DNA of 63,674 bases, counting the filler. It is 7 parts of 7 records of this genome, joined end to end, with 100 filler letters (N's around TTAATTAATTAA, not from the genome) between each part and the next. Parts side by side here need not be neighbours in the genome. Positions count along the whole stretch, not along the records: positions 37,770 to 44,367 come from SRR20825010_588; positions 44,468 to 50,748 come from SRR20825010_590; 5 more parts are not named here. The stretch is one strand, 5' to 3'. Below are positions 37,770 to 48,762 of this stretch, piece by piece (within the stretch, counting starts at the first letter, position 1; each line of letters opens with the position of its first letter). Below the pieces are notes generated by a model that saw nothing but the letters and a program-made list of their open reading frames with translations, searched no databases and was not told the origin of the DNA. The position numbers were made by a program, and so were the translations under genes.

Positions 37770-39093
37770 CCATAAAGCTGCAATGGAAGCGCACGGGATC
37801 GGCGCCATCGACCTTCTCTGTGTCAATCTCTATCCGTTTGAAGCAACTGTCGCCAAAGGCGCGGGTTATGCCGAATGTGTAGAGAATATCGACATTGGCG
37901 GCCCGGCCATGATCCGCGCAGCAGCAAAAAATCACTCTTATGTCGCTGTGATCGTCGAAGGCAACGACTACGCATCCGTGCTGGAAGAAATCAAAACCAA
38001 AGGCGGCACGACACTCGCACTGCGCAAACATCTCGCCCATAAGGCCTATGCACGCACAGCCGCCTATGACGCCGCAATCTCCAACTGGTTTGCCGATGCG
38101 CTTGAGGACACAGCACCTGATTTCCGCGCTTTTGGTGGTCAGCTGAAACAGACACTTCGCTATGGCGAAAATCCACACCAGTTTGCAAGCTTCTATGTGA
38201 ACGGCGACAACCGCCCCGGGGTGGCAACTGCCGTACAGCTTCAGGGCAAAGAACTGTCCTACAACAACATCAACGACACCGATGCCGCCTTCGAACTCGC
38301 TGCAGAATTCGATCCTTCACGTCCCGCCATTGCAATCATCAAACACGCCAATCCATGCGGCGTTGCCACAGGCAACACACTGGTTGAGGCCTATCGCGCC
38401 GCTTTCGCCTGTGACACGGTTTCAGCATTTGGCGGCATCATTGCTTCGAACGTGAAGCTTGATGGCGGAACAGCCGAAGAAATTTCAAAGATCTTCACCG
38501 AAGTAATCATCGCGCCTGATGCCGACGAAGATGCGCGCCGCATCATCGGTGCCAAGAAAAATCTGCGCCTCCTCATCACAGGCGGCCTGCCTAATGCGAT
38601 GAGCCCCGGCCTTACTGTCAAATCGGTTGCAGGCGGCATGCTGGTTCAGTCACGCGACAATGGTCACATCACGCTGGATGATCTAAGGGTCGTAACAAAG
38701 CGCCAACCCAACGAACAGGAACTCAAAGACCTCCTCTTTGCCTTCCGCGTCTGCAAGCACGTAAAGTCGAATGCAATTATCTATGTCAAAAACGGAGCTA
38801 CAGTAGGCATTGGCGCAGGCCAGATGAGCCGCGTGGATAGTGCTCGCATTGCGGCCCGCAAGGCACAGGATGCTGCCGAAGCCGCAGGCCTGAAGGAGCC
38901 AGCCACCATCGGTTCGGTCGTGGCATCAGATGCCTTCTTCCCCTTTGCTGATGGCCTTCTGTCAGCAGCTGAAGCAGGCGCCACCGCTGTAATCCAGCCC
39001 GGCGGATCAATGCGGGATGACGAAGTCATTGCTGCGGCCGACGAAAAGGGTCTGGCCATGGTCATGACGGGCATGCGCCACTTCCGCCACTAA
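37770..39093 (+). CDS. purH: Bifunctional AICAR transformylase/IMP cyclohydrolase; 5' end truncated
   Basis: [36 protein letters not shown] and RHFRH. Confidence 0.97.
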
Positions 39094-39102
39094 GGAAACA
39101 GG

Positions 39103-39438
39103 ATGGAGCGACCAATGATAATCGTCACCACTACGAATAGTGTCGAAGGCCGCTCCATCATCGAATATCGCGGCGTGGTTGCGGGCGAAGCTGTCATTGG
39201 CGCTAATGTTTTTCGTGACATGTTCGCCGCCATCCGCGATTTCGTCGGCGGGCGCGCGGGAGCCTACGAGAAGGTTTTGAAGAAAGCCCGCGAAGCGGCA
39301 ATCAACGACATGATCGCCGAAGCCATCGCGGTCGGCGCCGACGCCGTCGTTGGCGTCGATCTCGACTATGAAACCGCAGGCAAGAGCGCGGCCATGCTGA
39401 TCGCGGTCGCCTCAGGCACCGCCGTCAAACTTGGCTAA
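39103..39438 (+). CDS. YbjQ/UPF0145 heavy-metal-binding family protein
   Basis: [12 protein letters not shown]...GGR...[10 protein letters not shown] and SGTAV. Confidence 0.9.
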   Translation: MERPMIIVTTTNSVEGRSIIEYRGVVAGEAVIGANVFRDMFAAIRDFVGGRAGAYEKVLKKAREAAINDMIAEAIAVGADAVVGVDLDYETAGKSAAMLIAVASGTAVKLG

Positions 39439-40859
39439 TGTACCACGGCGCTTGAGCGTTCTTCCTTGACGAATAGAAGCAACGCCAGACCAATCAAGAT
39501 CAGCGGAATAGTTACCATCAGACCATAGCGCTGGTTCTGCGTGATTTCTGTCACGATGCCGATGAAGAGCGGCGCGATCCAAGCCGTCGCCTTGCCGCAT
39601 AGAGCGAAGAGGCCGAAGAACTCCGTCATCATCTCTCTGGGAGCGATACGCGCCATCATCGTGCGACTGGACGCAATGACCGGCCCGACCATCAAGCCAA
39701 AAAGCGCGATCATGCCAAGAAAGAGCTGCTGCGGCAGAGTCGAAAAGGCCGGAGCATCGTCAGCCACAGGGACATGAATAACAAAGAAAATTCGATCCTT
39801 GTCAAACGACAGGATAACAATGAAGAAGAGAACCACGCCGGCAATCGACCAGATCAATGTGCGTTTCGAACCAAGCTTCAGGTCAACCCAACCGCCGATG
39901 AAAGCACCCAACGCCGCAAAAAGCGTGACCCAGACGCCATAGATCGCCATCTGCATCGCACCCCAATGAAAAATAGAGGCCGCAAGAATCCCACCGAAGA
40001 CGAAGATCGCTGTCATACCATCGTAGAAAAGCATACGCGCCAGTAGATAGAGTCCAATGTTTCGAAAGTGACGCACGGACTTAAGTGTCTGCCAGAGCCG
40101 ATAGAGGCCTTGCTTCGCCGCCTCACGCCGCCCGAGGCCCTTCGTCTTCTGATCCGGCACCATAAAAAGAAGCGGCAACATAAAGACAATAAACCACGCG
40201 CCCGAAATCGGCCCAACGATCCGGTCCGTCTCATGCGCTGTCTTGGAAAGACCGAAGAGCGGTTCGGATGGGATAAAGGAGGCAGTCACTTCGCCCGGCA
40301 ACTGAAAGAAAATCAGTACAAGGATTAGCGCGACAATAGCCGCGAGCTGGCCCATACCGATACCGATACCCGACAAGAGCCCGATACGTCGGTCGGACGC
40401 GATGGTCGGCAGCATGGCATTGGCAAAGATGATGGCGAATTCCATGCCCACCGCCGCAACGACCAGCGAAATCATGACATGGAGTAGCGGCCCACCAGGA
40501 ATGGCAAACCAGAGCGCAAAACATCCCGTCGCACACATGAGCATGGAAGCAACGATCCAGGGCTTGCGCCGTCCCGCTGCATCGGCCATCGCCCCAAGCA
40601 ACGGACTGATCAACGCAATCGTGATGCCTGCAATTGCCTGCACATAGCCCCAATGGGCCTGCCCCTCCACCGGATTGGCGGCAAGCACATTGGTAAAGAA
40701 TGGTGGAAAGAGAAAAATCGTGATGAGCGAGAAATAGGTCTGGTTTGCCCACTCGTAACACACCCAGGCGCCTTGCGCCCAGTTGGAGGCGGGTTCCCCG
40801 CCACCCGTATCATGCGGCGGCTGCAATGAGGGAATGGCCCCGTCGATAATCTCGCTCAC
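39435..40859 (-). CDS. MFS transporter (UMF1/Atg22-like)
   Basis: [17 protein letters not shown] and EFFGLFAL; about 12 TM segments. Confidence 0.88.
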   Translation of the reverse strand: MSEIIDGAIPSLQPPHDTGGGEPASNWAQGAWVCYEWANQTYFSLITIFLFPPFFTNVLAANPVEGQAHWGYVQAIAGITIALISPLLGAMADAAGRRKPWIVASMLMCATGCFALWFAIPGGPLLHVMISLVVAAVGMEFAIIFANAMLPTIASDRRIGLLSGIGIGMGQLAAIVALILVLIFFQLPGEVTASFIPSEPLFGLSKTAHETDRIVGPISGAWFIVFMLPLLFMVPDQKTKGLGRREAAKQGLYRLWQTLKSVRHFRNIGLYLLARMLFYDGMTAIFVFGGILAASIFHWGAMQMAIYGVWVTLFAALGAFIGGWVDLKLGSKRTLIWSIAGVVLFFIVILSFDKDRIFFVIHVPVADDAPAFSTLPQQLFLGMIALFGLMVGPVIASSRTMMARIAPREMMTEFFGLFALCGKATAWIAPLFIGIVTEITQNQRYGLMVTIPLILIGLALLLFVKEERSSAVVH

Positions 40860-42265
40860 TAGTCTGCTGCCTCCACACGTGTCTCCTCCACGAAATACAT
40901 CAGAGCCAGCCCTGCAAGCATAAGGACCAGAATTGACGCAAACCCCACTCGCTGGCTTTCAAAAAACCAAGTGACCTGACCGACAAGCAATGGACCCATA
41001 AAGGCCGTCGCCGTACCCGACAGGGCGTAGAGACCAAAAAACTCAGACATTTTCGATGGCGGAGCAATACGCGCCAACATCGTCCGGCTATTGGCATAAG
41101 CGGCTGTAATGCAGATTGCAACCACTAGGACAACGCCCAGATACATAAGTTCTGGCAATGTGTTGAAGAACGGCAGATCCCAGATGGGCGCGCTGGCGGT
41201 GTCATAGGGTATGAAAAACAGAATGGTGGTGGGGGTCATGGAAACTGCCAGCACAATGCCAATCGACGTACCGCCAATAGATGTAATGATAGCTCGCTTT
41301 GATCCGAAGCGATCATCAAGCCAGCCACCGAAAAACCCGCCTCCGACTGCGAAGATAGAAAGAATGATGCCGTATATCGTGAGCGTCAGCGCATCCCACT
41401 TGAACACGCCTGCCGCATAAACGCCGCCGAAAATCAGAACCGCAGTCTGCCCGTCATTGAAAAACATACGAGCAATCAAATAGGTTGCGACATTACGATA
41501 ATGCCGGACCTGCTTGACGGTCTTGAGGACACGGCCAATACCATCTTTCACAGCTTTCACTTTGTCGATTTTCTTTGTTTGAATCACATCCGGCGTGAAG
41601 AACAAAAGCGGCAAGGTAAAAACAAGAAGCCAAATCGCAGTAATTGGCCCTGAGATGCGACTGTTTTCATGCATCGACACATCAAGCCCGAACAAAGCCT
41701 TATCGGGAATGAAACTCCACGACACTTGACCCGGCAGCATGAAGGCATAAAGCATGAAGCACAGGATCAGCAACGCACCTGCATTGGCCATCGCCAGTGC
41801 GAGCCCAGACAGAAAGCCGATCCGCTCATGCGGCGCAACAGCTGGCAACATCGAATTGTGAAAGACCTCTGTGAACGAGAAGGCCACGGAGACGATAATG
41901 AAGAGAGCTGCGATCTGGTAGATACCGAGACCCACACCGCTCGGCAAAGCCCACCAAAGGGAAAAAATGGCCGGCACCATGATCGCCACAAAAGCAATCA
42001 GCCACGGCTTGCGACGACCGCCTGTATCTGCAATCGCGCCAAGCACCGGACCGAACAGCGCAATAATAAAACCCGCAACACTATTGATATTGCCCCAGAT
42101 CGCTTGACCGCGAACCGGATCGCCAACAACAAAGTTGGAAAAATAGGGAGAGAAAATATAGATCGTTACAATGATCACATAGGGATCACGCGCCCATTGG
42201 AAACCCGCCCAACTAATCTGACCTTTGAGATCAGCGGCTGGTGCGCCTGTGGCCGACACAGCCAT
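40859..42265 (-). CDS. MFS transporter (UMF1/Atg22-like), tandem paralog
   Basis: FQWARDP, GAIADTGGRRK and EFFGLYAL; start uncertain. Confidence 0.88.
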   Translation of the reverse strand: MAVSATGAPAADLKGQISWAGFQWARDPYVIIVTIYIFSPYFSNFVVGDPVRGQAIWGNINSVAGFIIALFGPVLGAIADTGGRRKPWLIAFVAIMVPAIFSLWWALPSGVGLGIYQIAALFIIVSVAFSFTEVFHNSMLPAVAPHERIGFLSGLALAMANAGALLILCFMLYAFMLPGQVSWSFIPDKALFGLDVSMHENSRISGPITAIWLLVFTLPLLFFTPDVIQTKKIDKVKAVKDGIGRVLKTVKQVRHYRNVATYLIARMFFNDGQTAVLIFGGVYAAGVFKWDALTLTIYGIILSIFAVGGGFFGGWLDDRFGSKRAIITSIGGTSIGIVLAVSMTPTTILFFIPYDTASAPIWDLPFFNTLPELMYLGVVLVVAICITAAYANSRTMLARIAPPSKMSEFFGLYALSGTATAFMGPLLVGQVTWFFESQRVGFASILVLMLAGLALMYFVEETRVEAAD

Positions 42266-42427
42266 ATTTTTTGAATGAGTTTGCGTATCAGCGGAATCCG
42301 GCCGTGGATCATTCTCGATCGCCTCACGCACGTCCCCCAGTTCTTTAAGACCGTCCACCAACTCGCCCCCCAATTCCAGTGCTGTATATCCTCTGACGGG
42401 ATATCGTTCAGCTGTTGGCGAATTGGA

Positions 42428-43654
42428 TCATATGTGAGCAGGTGAGGAAAGGCTCGCAGGCACTAGCCCATCCGAAAATGCGCGATGGACCGCCAGTCCA
42501 AGCGTAAGGACAAGAAGCGGAAAACCAAGTTGGAAATGCGTCACGCCCGCAAGAGGAGCCACGCAAATCGGCAGCACATAAAGCGCAACCAATAACATTT
42601 TATCCTTAAAGTCGGCTCCACGCTGAACCATATCACTGCCAAGAATGATAAGGGTCGGCGCAAGAATAGCGAATTCATAGTCAAATGTGTAAGGCGGGAT
42701 CAGAAGCGTTGCGCTGATCAGCACAGCCCATGACATGCGGCTTGGACCATTTTTCCACCACACATAAACTGTACAGACCATTGCACCAACGGCCGTCGCC
42801 ACCTGTGCCGCATAGGCGATGGGTTCGGACACACCGAACTCACGCAAAAATATAAATGCACTTGGCATCTTGGACCATGGCAGAAATCCGTTTTCCATGA
42901 TGCCGCGAACGAGTTCTGTATTCTGAAAAAAAGCCTGCCAGAGATCTACACCGAAAATGACAGTGGCAATTCCGGTGATGGTTGCAGCTGTTAGGCCGGT
43001 GGCAATGAACACTCGCCATTGACCCGTAACCAGAAATGCAAAGGGGAGCAATACACCGAGTTGCGGCTTGTAGATAAGGAATCCAAGAATAAGTCCCGCA
43101 AGCCAAGGCCGTCCGCGCTCAAGCGCTAGCAATCCACCAACAAAAATGGCTGCTGAGTAAAGTGAATTCTGACCATGAAAGACGCAGATAAAAGCGCCGG
43201 GAAAAGCCAGAAGAATAAAGATCACGTCGAATCCGACCGCCAAACCGCGATCAAATAGCGGGCGCAGGGCGAGAACATAAAGGCAAAGCCCGAGCCCGAC
43301 AAAAACGAAATAGGAAACCCCGTAGGGAAGCAACGCAAGTGGCGTCACAAACATCTGGTAAATTGGAGGATAGTGCCAAAGAAACACCATCTCATTGGCA
43401 GGCACAGCCACCTGTTCGGCTATCAGAATACTCTTATAGTCAAAAACGGCCAGTGCATCGCCCTGAAGCGTTAGATGCGAGGCTCCCCAGAAAGTGATAA
43501 AATCGTAACCGAGCGGCTTTCCAAACACATCCACCATAGCAGTGGCCGAAGCCACAAGGGCGATAGCAGCCAAAACATAGACAGCTAGGGTCAGGCGCGG
43601 ATAAACACGCAATCTTTCAGGATCAAAAAAGAGTTTGGAAGACGGCGTGGACAT
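42428..43654 (-). CDS. GT87/DUF2029 polytopic glycosyltransferase
   Basis: GYDFITFW, YPP, GQNS, KPQLG and DYE motifs. Confidence 0.85.
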   Translation of the reverse strand: MSTPSSKLFFDPERLRVYPRLTLAVYVLAAIALVASATAMVDVFGKPLGYDFITFWGASHLTLQGDALAVFDYKSILIAEQVAVPANEMVFLWHYPPIYQMFVTPLALLPYGVSYFVFVGLGLCLYVLALRPLFDRGLAVGFDVIFILLAFPGAFICVFHGQNSLYSAAIFVGGLLALERGRPWLAGLILGFLIYKPQLGVLLPFAFLVTGQWRVFIATGLTAATITGIATVIFGVDLWQAFFQNTELVRGIMENGFLPWSKMPSAFIFLREFGVSEPIAYAAQVATAVGAMVCTVYVWWKNGPSRMSWAVLISATLLIPPYTFDYEFAILAPTLIILGSDMVQRGADFKDKMLLVALYVLPICVAPLAGVTHFQLGFPLLVLTLGLAVHRAFSDGLVPASLSSPAHI

Positions 43655-43736
43655 AGGACCCCGACAACAGCAAGAAGACGCTGTAGAACCTATTCCAAGG
43701 GGCTTACGATAAATTTAAAACACAATCAGCGTTCAA

Positions 43737-44231
43737 TCAGGCTGCGGCACCGCAGCATTTCTTAAATTTTTTGCCCGAGCCGCATGTGCAGGGGTCATTG
43801 CGCCCTACTTTAGCAACCTGCCGGGGACGCGTGCCCATTACGCCATCAATATAGTACCAGCGACCGTCGCGACGGCCGAAATGGCCCGTTTCATGGTGGA
43901 CACGATCAGCGCCTTCCTGACGGAAGCGAGCCACAAACTCGACATAACCCTCGTCGTCCGCCTCGCCACCATTTTCGACATAACGGACTTCAAGGCCAGT
44001 CCATTCACTGGATTTGGACCATTCGGCAGCACCAGTCGCATCAAAATCTTCACGTGTGCCAGGCATGAGGCTTTCTTCCAGATAGGCAATATTGCCCGTC
44101 GCAAAAGCCGTATAGCGCGAGCGCATCAAAGCCTCCGCACTGGGTGGTAGCGCGGCACCCGTCAGATAAGGCTCGCAACAAGCGGCAAAGGCTTTGCCAG
44201 ATGCGCAGGGACAATCACTGGAAGTTGTCAT
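43737..44231 (-). CDS. ychJ: YchJ/UPF0225 protein with SEC-C motifs
   Basis: [26 protein letters not shown] and [18 protein letters not shown]. Confidence 0.92.
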   Translation of the reverse strand: MTTSSDCPCASGKAFAACCEPYLTGAALPPSAEALMRSRYTAFATGNIAYLEESLMPGTREDFDATGAAEWSKSSEWTGLEVRYVENGGEADDEGYVEFVARFRQEGADRVHHETGHFGRRDGRWYYIDGVMGTRPRQVAKVGRNDPCTCGSGKKFKKCCGAAA

Positions 44232-44266
44232 GGAAGGCCTCATTCAGGGGTCGCATTCAGGCAGAG

Positions 44267-44288
44267 AAAAGCCGCCTTACCGGCGGCT
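44267..44288 (-). terminator. Probable terminator downstream of tRNA-Gly
   Basis: AGCCGCC-GGTAA-GGCGGCT followed by TTTCTC on the minus strand. Confidence 0.6.
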
Positions 44289-44312
44289 CAATCCTGGGCG
44301 TATCTGAGACTT

Positions 44313-44367
44313 TGGAGCGGGCGAAGGGATTCGAACCCTCGACCCCAACCTTGGCAAGGTTGTGCTC
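44313..44367 (-). tRNA. tRNA-Gly(GCC); 5' part lost in the gap
   Basis: GAGCACAACCTTGCCAAGGTTGGGGTCGAGGGTTCGAATCCCTTCGCCCGCTCCA. Confidence 0.93.
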
Positions 44368-44467
44368 NNNNNNNNNNNNNNNNNNNNNNNNNNNNNNNNN
44401 NNNNNNNNNNNTTAATTAATTAANNNNNNNNNNNNNNNNNNNNNNNNNNNNNNNNNNNNNNNNNNNN
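44368..44467. other. Artificial contig spacer
   Basis: N44-TTAATTAATTAA-N44. Confidence 0.98.
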
Positions 44468-44526
44468 ATGGAATTCATATGACTGGTCAGCCTTGTTGAC
44501 CTAAGATCAGGTCCTCTGGAGGATTC

Positions 44527-45255
44527 ATGACAGCCGACATTGCCAAGGACAGCGCGCGCCCGCGCGATTTTGCGCAAGGGGTGCGCGACAGCGTGCCCGT
44601 GGTGGTTGCGGCAATGCCGTTCGGGCTGCTGTTTGGCGCACTGGCGGTGGAGAACAATTTTTCGGTTTTCGAGGCCGTGCTTATGAGCGCCACGATTTTC
44701 GCCGGTGCGAGTCAGATGGTCGGGATCGACCTGTTCGGGCAGAAAGTGGCTCCGTGGCTGATCGTTCTCTCGATCCTTGCCGTGAATTTTCGGCATGTTC
44801 TTTATTCCGCAACCACGGGGCGGCGGATTGCGCATTGGGGGCCTGTCCAGCGGTTGCTCGGCTTCTTCATGCTGGTCGACCCGATGTTCGCTGAGGCCGA
44901 GCGGCGTGGCGAGACGCATGGAACCGTATCCTTCGGCTGGTATATGGGAGCGGCGCTGCCGCTTTACATTTGCTGGATTGCCGAAGCCTGGCTCGGCGCA
45001 TTGTTCGGTAATCTGGTTCCCGATCCACATGCGCTGGGCATCGATTTTCTGCTGCCAATCTATTTTCTGGGTCTGGTCATGAGTTTCCGCAAGCGCTCCT
45101 TCTGGCTCCCGGTGGTGCTTATGAGCGCGGCTGTTTCCATGCTGGCTTATCGCACTGTCGGCTCGCCCTGGCATGTTTCCATCGGCGCCATCGCCGGTGT
45201 TGCTCTGGCGGCGATCATGGCGCCGGACGCGCGCAAAGGCAGGCAAGCGCGATGA
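44527..45255 (+). CDS. azlC: AzlC branched-chain amino acid exporter
   Basis: PFGLLFG, FAGASQ and VNFRHVLYS; SD GGAGG. Confidence 0.9.
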   Translation: MTADIAKDSARPRDFAQGVRDSVPVVVAAMPFGLLFGALAVENNFSVFEAVLMSATIFAGASQMVGIDLFGQKVAPWLIVLSILAVNFRHVLYSATTGRRIAHWGPVQRLLGFFMLVDPMFAEAERRGETHGTVSFGWYMGAALPLYICWIAEAWLGALFGNLVPDPHALGIDFLLPIYFLGLVMSFRKRSFWLPVVLMSAAVSMLAYRTVGSPWHVSIGAIAGVALAAIMAPDARKGRQAR

Positions 45256-45554
45256 GCACCACGGTCTGGATCATTCTTGCCGGTGCCGTGCTAACTTTCC
45301 TGACGCGCATCGGCGGCCACATGGTGCTATCCCGCTTCGAGCGTATTCACCCGCGTGTGGAAGCGGGGCTGAATGCCGTGCCCGCCGCCGTTCTGACCAC
45401 GCTGGTCGCGCCGGCTGCCATGAATGGCGGGATCCCTGAAATCGCTGCTCTGACGGTCGGCGTGGTGGTTTCGCTCGTTGCCGGTGGGATGATGCCGATG
45501 TTCCTCTCCTCGGCGGCGGTGCTTATCCTGCTCCGCCACCTGATCGGCCAATAA
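45252..45554 (+). CDS. azlD: AzlD family protein
   Basis: TFLTRIGG...VPAAVLTTLVAP; ATGA-coupled to azlC. Confidence 0.88.
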   Translation: MSTTVWIILAGAVLTFLTRIGGHMVLSRFERIHPRVEAGLNAVPAAVLTTLVAPAAMNGGIPEIAALTVGVVVSLVAGGMMPMFLSSAAVLILLRHLIGQ

Positions 45555-45560
45555 GAGCCC

Positions 45561-47390
45561 TTAACGGAGAGGGGCGGTCGCCTTTTCGAGCCAGCCAAGG
45601 GTTTCGCCGTCGAGCAACGGCGTCAGGTTTTCGCGAACGCGATCATGATAGGCATCAAGCCAGGCACGCTCGCTGGAGGAGAGGAGGGCCGTGTCGATCA
45701 GACGGCGGTCGAACGGGCAGAGCGTCAGTGTCTCGAAACCATGCATGTCGATGTCTCCGCCAGCGATAGCGGTCGCTGGTTCCACGACGATCAGGTTTTC
45801 TAGCCTGATGCCATAGCCGCCAGGCTTGTAGTAGCCGGGTTCATTGGACAGGATCATGCCCGCTTCCAGAACCTGCGTTCCGGTTTTGGCGATGCGCTGC
45901 GGTCCTTCATGGACGGCGAGATAGGATCCGACGCCGTGACCGGTGCCATGGGCATAGTCGAGACCGGCCTGCCACAGGGCGTGGCGTGCGAACGGGTCAA
46001 GATCCATACCACGTGTGCCTTTGGGAAAGCGTGTTGCGGAGAGCGCGATCAGTCCCTTTAAAACACGCGTGTAGCGCTCCCGCATCTCGTCACTGGGACG
46101 ACCGATTATGATGGTCCGGGTAATATCGGTGGTTCCATCGTCATACTGCGCGCCGGAATCGACGAGATAGAGCTCATCTGCCCTGAGGGTACGATTGGTC
46201 TTTGTTGTAACGCGATAGTGGATTATCGCGCCGTTGGGGCCAGCACCGGAGATCGTGTCGAAGGAGATGTCGCGAAGGGGCATCTGCAGGCTCTGGCCTG
46301 TCTCTGTACGGCTCTCCTCCAGCTTTCGCACAGCGCTGATCTCGTCGACCGTGCCCGGTTCCTGCCGGTCGAGCCAGGCGAGGAAGCGTACCATGGCGAC
46401 ACCATCCCTGAGATGGGCAGATCGAGCGCCTTCCAGCTCGGTGGGGTTTTTAATGGCCCGAGGAAGCCGGGCCGGATCGTCAAGATCCGCGATGCGGCCG
46501 CCAGCCTCCTCCACAACCAGCCGCAGCCGCTCGGCTGCGAGCGATGGATCGAGGCCGATCGAACCCGGGTTTCCGGCCAAAGCCGAGAGTTCCGCTTCCA
46601 GCGTTGAAGGTGCTTTCAGATCTGCGAGCTGGGTCAGATAGGCTTCGGTTTCGCGGTTGAGCTTGCGCCTGTCGAGGAACAGCGAGGGCCGCCCTTCGGC
46701 CACGATTATGGCAAAGCCGAGGGCCAGTGGTGTATGGGGCACGTCCTGCCCGCGAACGTTGAATGTCCAGGCAATCGATGAGGGATCGGTAAGGACAGAA
46801 CATGCAGCGCCGGCCTCGCCGATGGCTTTTGCAATGCGGTCGAGCTTTGAGGTGGCGCGTTCTCCAGCATGGTCTTTCGGATGGATACGGGCCTGCGCCA
46901 GTGGCGGGGAAGGGCGATCTTCCCAAATCCCATCGACCAGATTGTCGTCGGTGGGCACGAGCTCGATGCCGCGCGCTTCGGCCTTGCCACGGAGAGCGCG
47001 AAGCTCTGCAATGGTGTGCAGCCATGGATCAAAACCGATGCGGCAGCCGGTCTTCGCGTTTCTGGCGATCCATTCGCGCGGCGGATTGTCGATCAGGCTC
47101 TCTATGGTGAAAATCGACGGGTCCGTCTGTTCAGCGGCCTGAAGTGTGTAGCGACCATCGACGAAGAGAATGGCGCGATCTTTGAGGATCAGGGCTGTGC
47201 CCGCCGATCCGGTGAAGCCAGTCAGCCAGGCGAGCCGCTCGGATGAGGGAGCGACATATTCGCCCTGATGCTCGTCTGCACGGGGAACGAGATAGCCGTC
47301 CAGATTTGCTTTCGCCATTGCATCACGGAGACGTCTGACGCGGGCGATGCCCTGGCTGGGGTCGGCGGTAACAACGAAAGATTGAAACAT
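45561..47390 (-). CDS. Aminopeptidase P (M24 family)
   Basis: Start at MFQSF; DSGAQY.DGTTDITRT, HGTGHGVG, HEGP, NEPGYY and GIRLEN. Confidence 0.94.
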   Translation of the reverse strand: MFQSFVVTADPSQGIARVRRLRDAMAKANLDGYLVPRADEHQGEYVAPSSERLAWLTGFTGSAGTALILKDRAILFVDGRYTLQAAEQTDPSIFTIESLIDNPPREWIARNAKTGCRIGFDPWLHTIAELRALRGKAEARGIELVPTDDNLVDGIWEDRPSPPLAQARIHPKDHAGERATSKLDRIAKAIGEAGAACSVLTDPSSIAWTFNVRGQDVPHTPLALGFAIIVAEGRPSLFLDRRKLNRETEAYLTQLADLKAPSTLEAELSALAGNPGSIGLDPSLAAERLRLVVEEAGGRIADLDDPARLPRAIKNPTELEGARSAHLRDGVAMVRFLAWLDRQEPGTVDEISAVRKLEESRTETGQSLQMPLRDISFDTISGAGPNGAIIHYRVTTKTNRTLRADELYLVDSGAQYDDGTTDITRTIIIGRPSDEMRERYTRVLKGLIALSATRFPKGTRGMDLDPFARHALWQAGLDYAHGTGHGVGSYLAVHEGPQRIAKTGTQVLEAGMILSNEPGYYKPGGYGIRLENLIVVEPATAIAGGDIDMHGFETLTLCPFDRRLIDTALLSSSERAWLDAYHDRVRENLTPLLDGETLGWLEKATAPLR

Positions 47391-47620
47391 GGAGCCTTGC
47401 CGCTTGGTCTGAAAAATCGAGCCGAACCTATAGCATGGCTGAGAAAAGCGGAACGGGCTCCGACAAAGGAATATCTCTGCCGCGCTGCACAATCGATTTG
47501 TTGCAATGCAAAATAAGATGGTAGCCATGCGCAAACGGCGCTGGTTGAGAGGGCTCTTCAGGCCTATCTTGAGACCATGAGCAACGGAGCTTTCGTTGCA
47601 AGAATTCAAGGAGAAATCAG

Positions 47621-47800
47621 ATGGCCCAAAAGCGTGGCTTTTTCCGTGGCGCATTCGACGCGCTGATCGAAGCCCGTCAGAAGCAGGTCCGGAGCTATGT
47701 GAACGGCGCGCTTCTGATGCTGGACGACGAAACACTGCGTGCACACGGATACAACCGTGACGAACTGAAGCGCAACCGCAGCGTTTCCCACATGTTCTGA
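47621..47800 (+). CDS. 59-aa DUF1127-like small protein (absent from the ORF track)
   Basis: SD AAGGAG; MAQKRGFFRGAFDALIEARQKQVRSYVNGALLMLDDETLRAHGYNRDELKRNRSVSHMF; has its own terminator. Confidence 0.8.
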   Translation: MAQKRGFFRGAFDALIEARQKQVRSYVNGALLMLDDETLRAHGYNRDELKRNRSVSHMF

Positions 47801-47823
47801 TCCGCTTTAAAGAGCGTTGATTC

Positions 47824-47858
47824 AAACCCCGGAAGCCCAGCTTTCGGGGTTTTTTCTT
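47824..47858 (+). terminator. Rho-independent terminator
   Basis: AAACCCCGGAAG...CTTTCGGGGTTT followed by TTTCTT. Confidence 0.8.
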
Positions 47859-47877
47859 GTCGGAAGCCCGCGCTCAC

Positions 47878-48750
47878 TCAGCGTTTCATGTGGATTGTGA
47901 CCCAGCCTTCCCGCGCCTGAGTGCGCACATGGCGGAACCCCTGTCCGCCATAAGCGGCAACGACTGCCCGCCTCTGCCGCTCGAGAATGCCCGACAGGAC
48001 AAGTGAACCACCCGGAGTTATGTGATTTGCCATCGCGGGAGCCAAAGCCATGAGCGGACGGGCAAGAATGTTCGCGACGATGAGGTCGAAGGGCTTCCTG
48101 CGGGCAAAGACAGCGTGATGAAAGCCGGGCGCGGTGTGCGTCTCGACCAGATCAGCGACGCGGTTGAGGCGGACGTTTGACGCGGCCACTTCTGTGGCGA
48201 TGGGGTCAATGTCGGTTGCCAGAACCGGAATACGGGCGGCCCTTGCAATTGCGATGGCCAGCACGGCACTACCGGTGCCCAGATCCAGCGCATTGCGCGG
48301 GTGCTCGCTTTTCAGAATGTTGGCAAGCGCGCCCAGACAGCCGGCCGTGGTGCCATGATGACCGGTGCCGAAAGCGAGGCCGGCATCGATCTCTATGGCG
48401 ATGTCGCCGATACGCTGCAAATGCCGGTCGTGGCTTCCGTGGACCAGAAAACGGCCCACACGGACCGGGCGCAGGCCTTCTAGCGAGTGGCTGACCCAGT
48501 CAATCTCCGGAACCTCTTCCCGCTCGAGCGGGGGGAGAGGGGAAACATCCGAGAGGCTTTCCAGCACCCGTTGTTCAAGTTTGTCGGCGTCCTCCTCGGT
48601 ATAAATAGATATCTGGAAGATGCCACTGTCTTCCTCGGGCTCGAAAATACTGATCGGCAGCCCATCATCCTCAAAATGCGTGTCGAGAATTGAAAAAATC
48701 GTTTCGGCCTGCTCGCGCGGCGCCGTCAGGTAAAGTCGTGTCTGGCCCAT
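47878..48750 (-). CDS. prmA: Ribosomal protein L11 methyltransferase
   Basis: [22 protein letters not shown] and LSGIL. Confidence 0.93.
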   Translation of the reverse strand: MGQTRLYLTAPREQAETIFSILDTHFEDDGLPISIFEPEEDSGIFQISIYTEEDADKLEQRVLESLSDVSPLPPLEREEVPEIDWVSHSLEGLRPVRVGRFLVHGSHDRHLQRIGDIAIEIDAGLAFGTGHHGTTAGCLGALANILKSEHPRNALDLGTGSAVLAIAIARAARIPVLATDIDPIATEVAASNVRLNRVADLVETHTAPGFHHAVFARRKPFDLIVANILARPLMALAPAMANHITPGGSLVLSGILERQRRAVVAAYGGQGFRHVRTQAREGWVTIHMKR

Positions 48751-48762
48751 GAATTTCCGATG

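Noticed and set aside
47391-47825. 145-aa N-terminal extension of aminopeptidase P in the ORF track
   Set aside because: The family start is MFQSF (47390), and the extension overlaps a better-supported small gene on the opposite strand.
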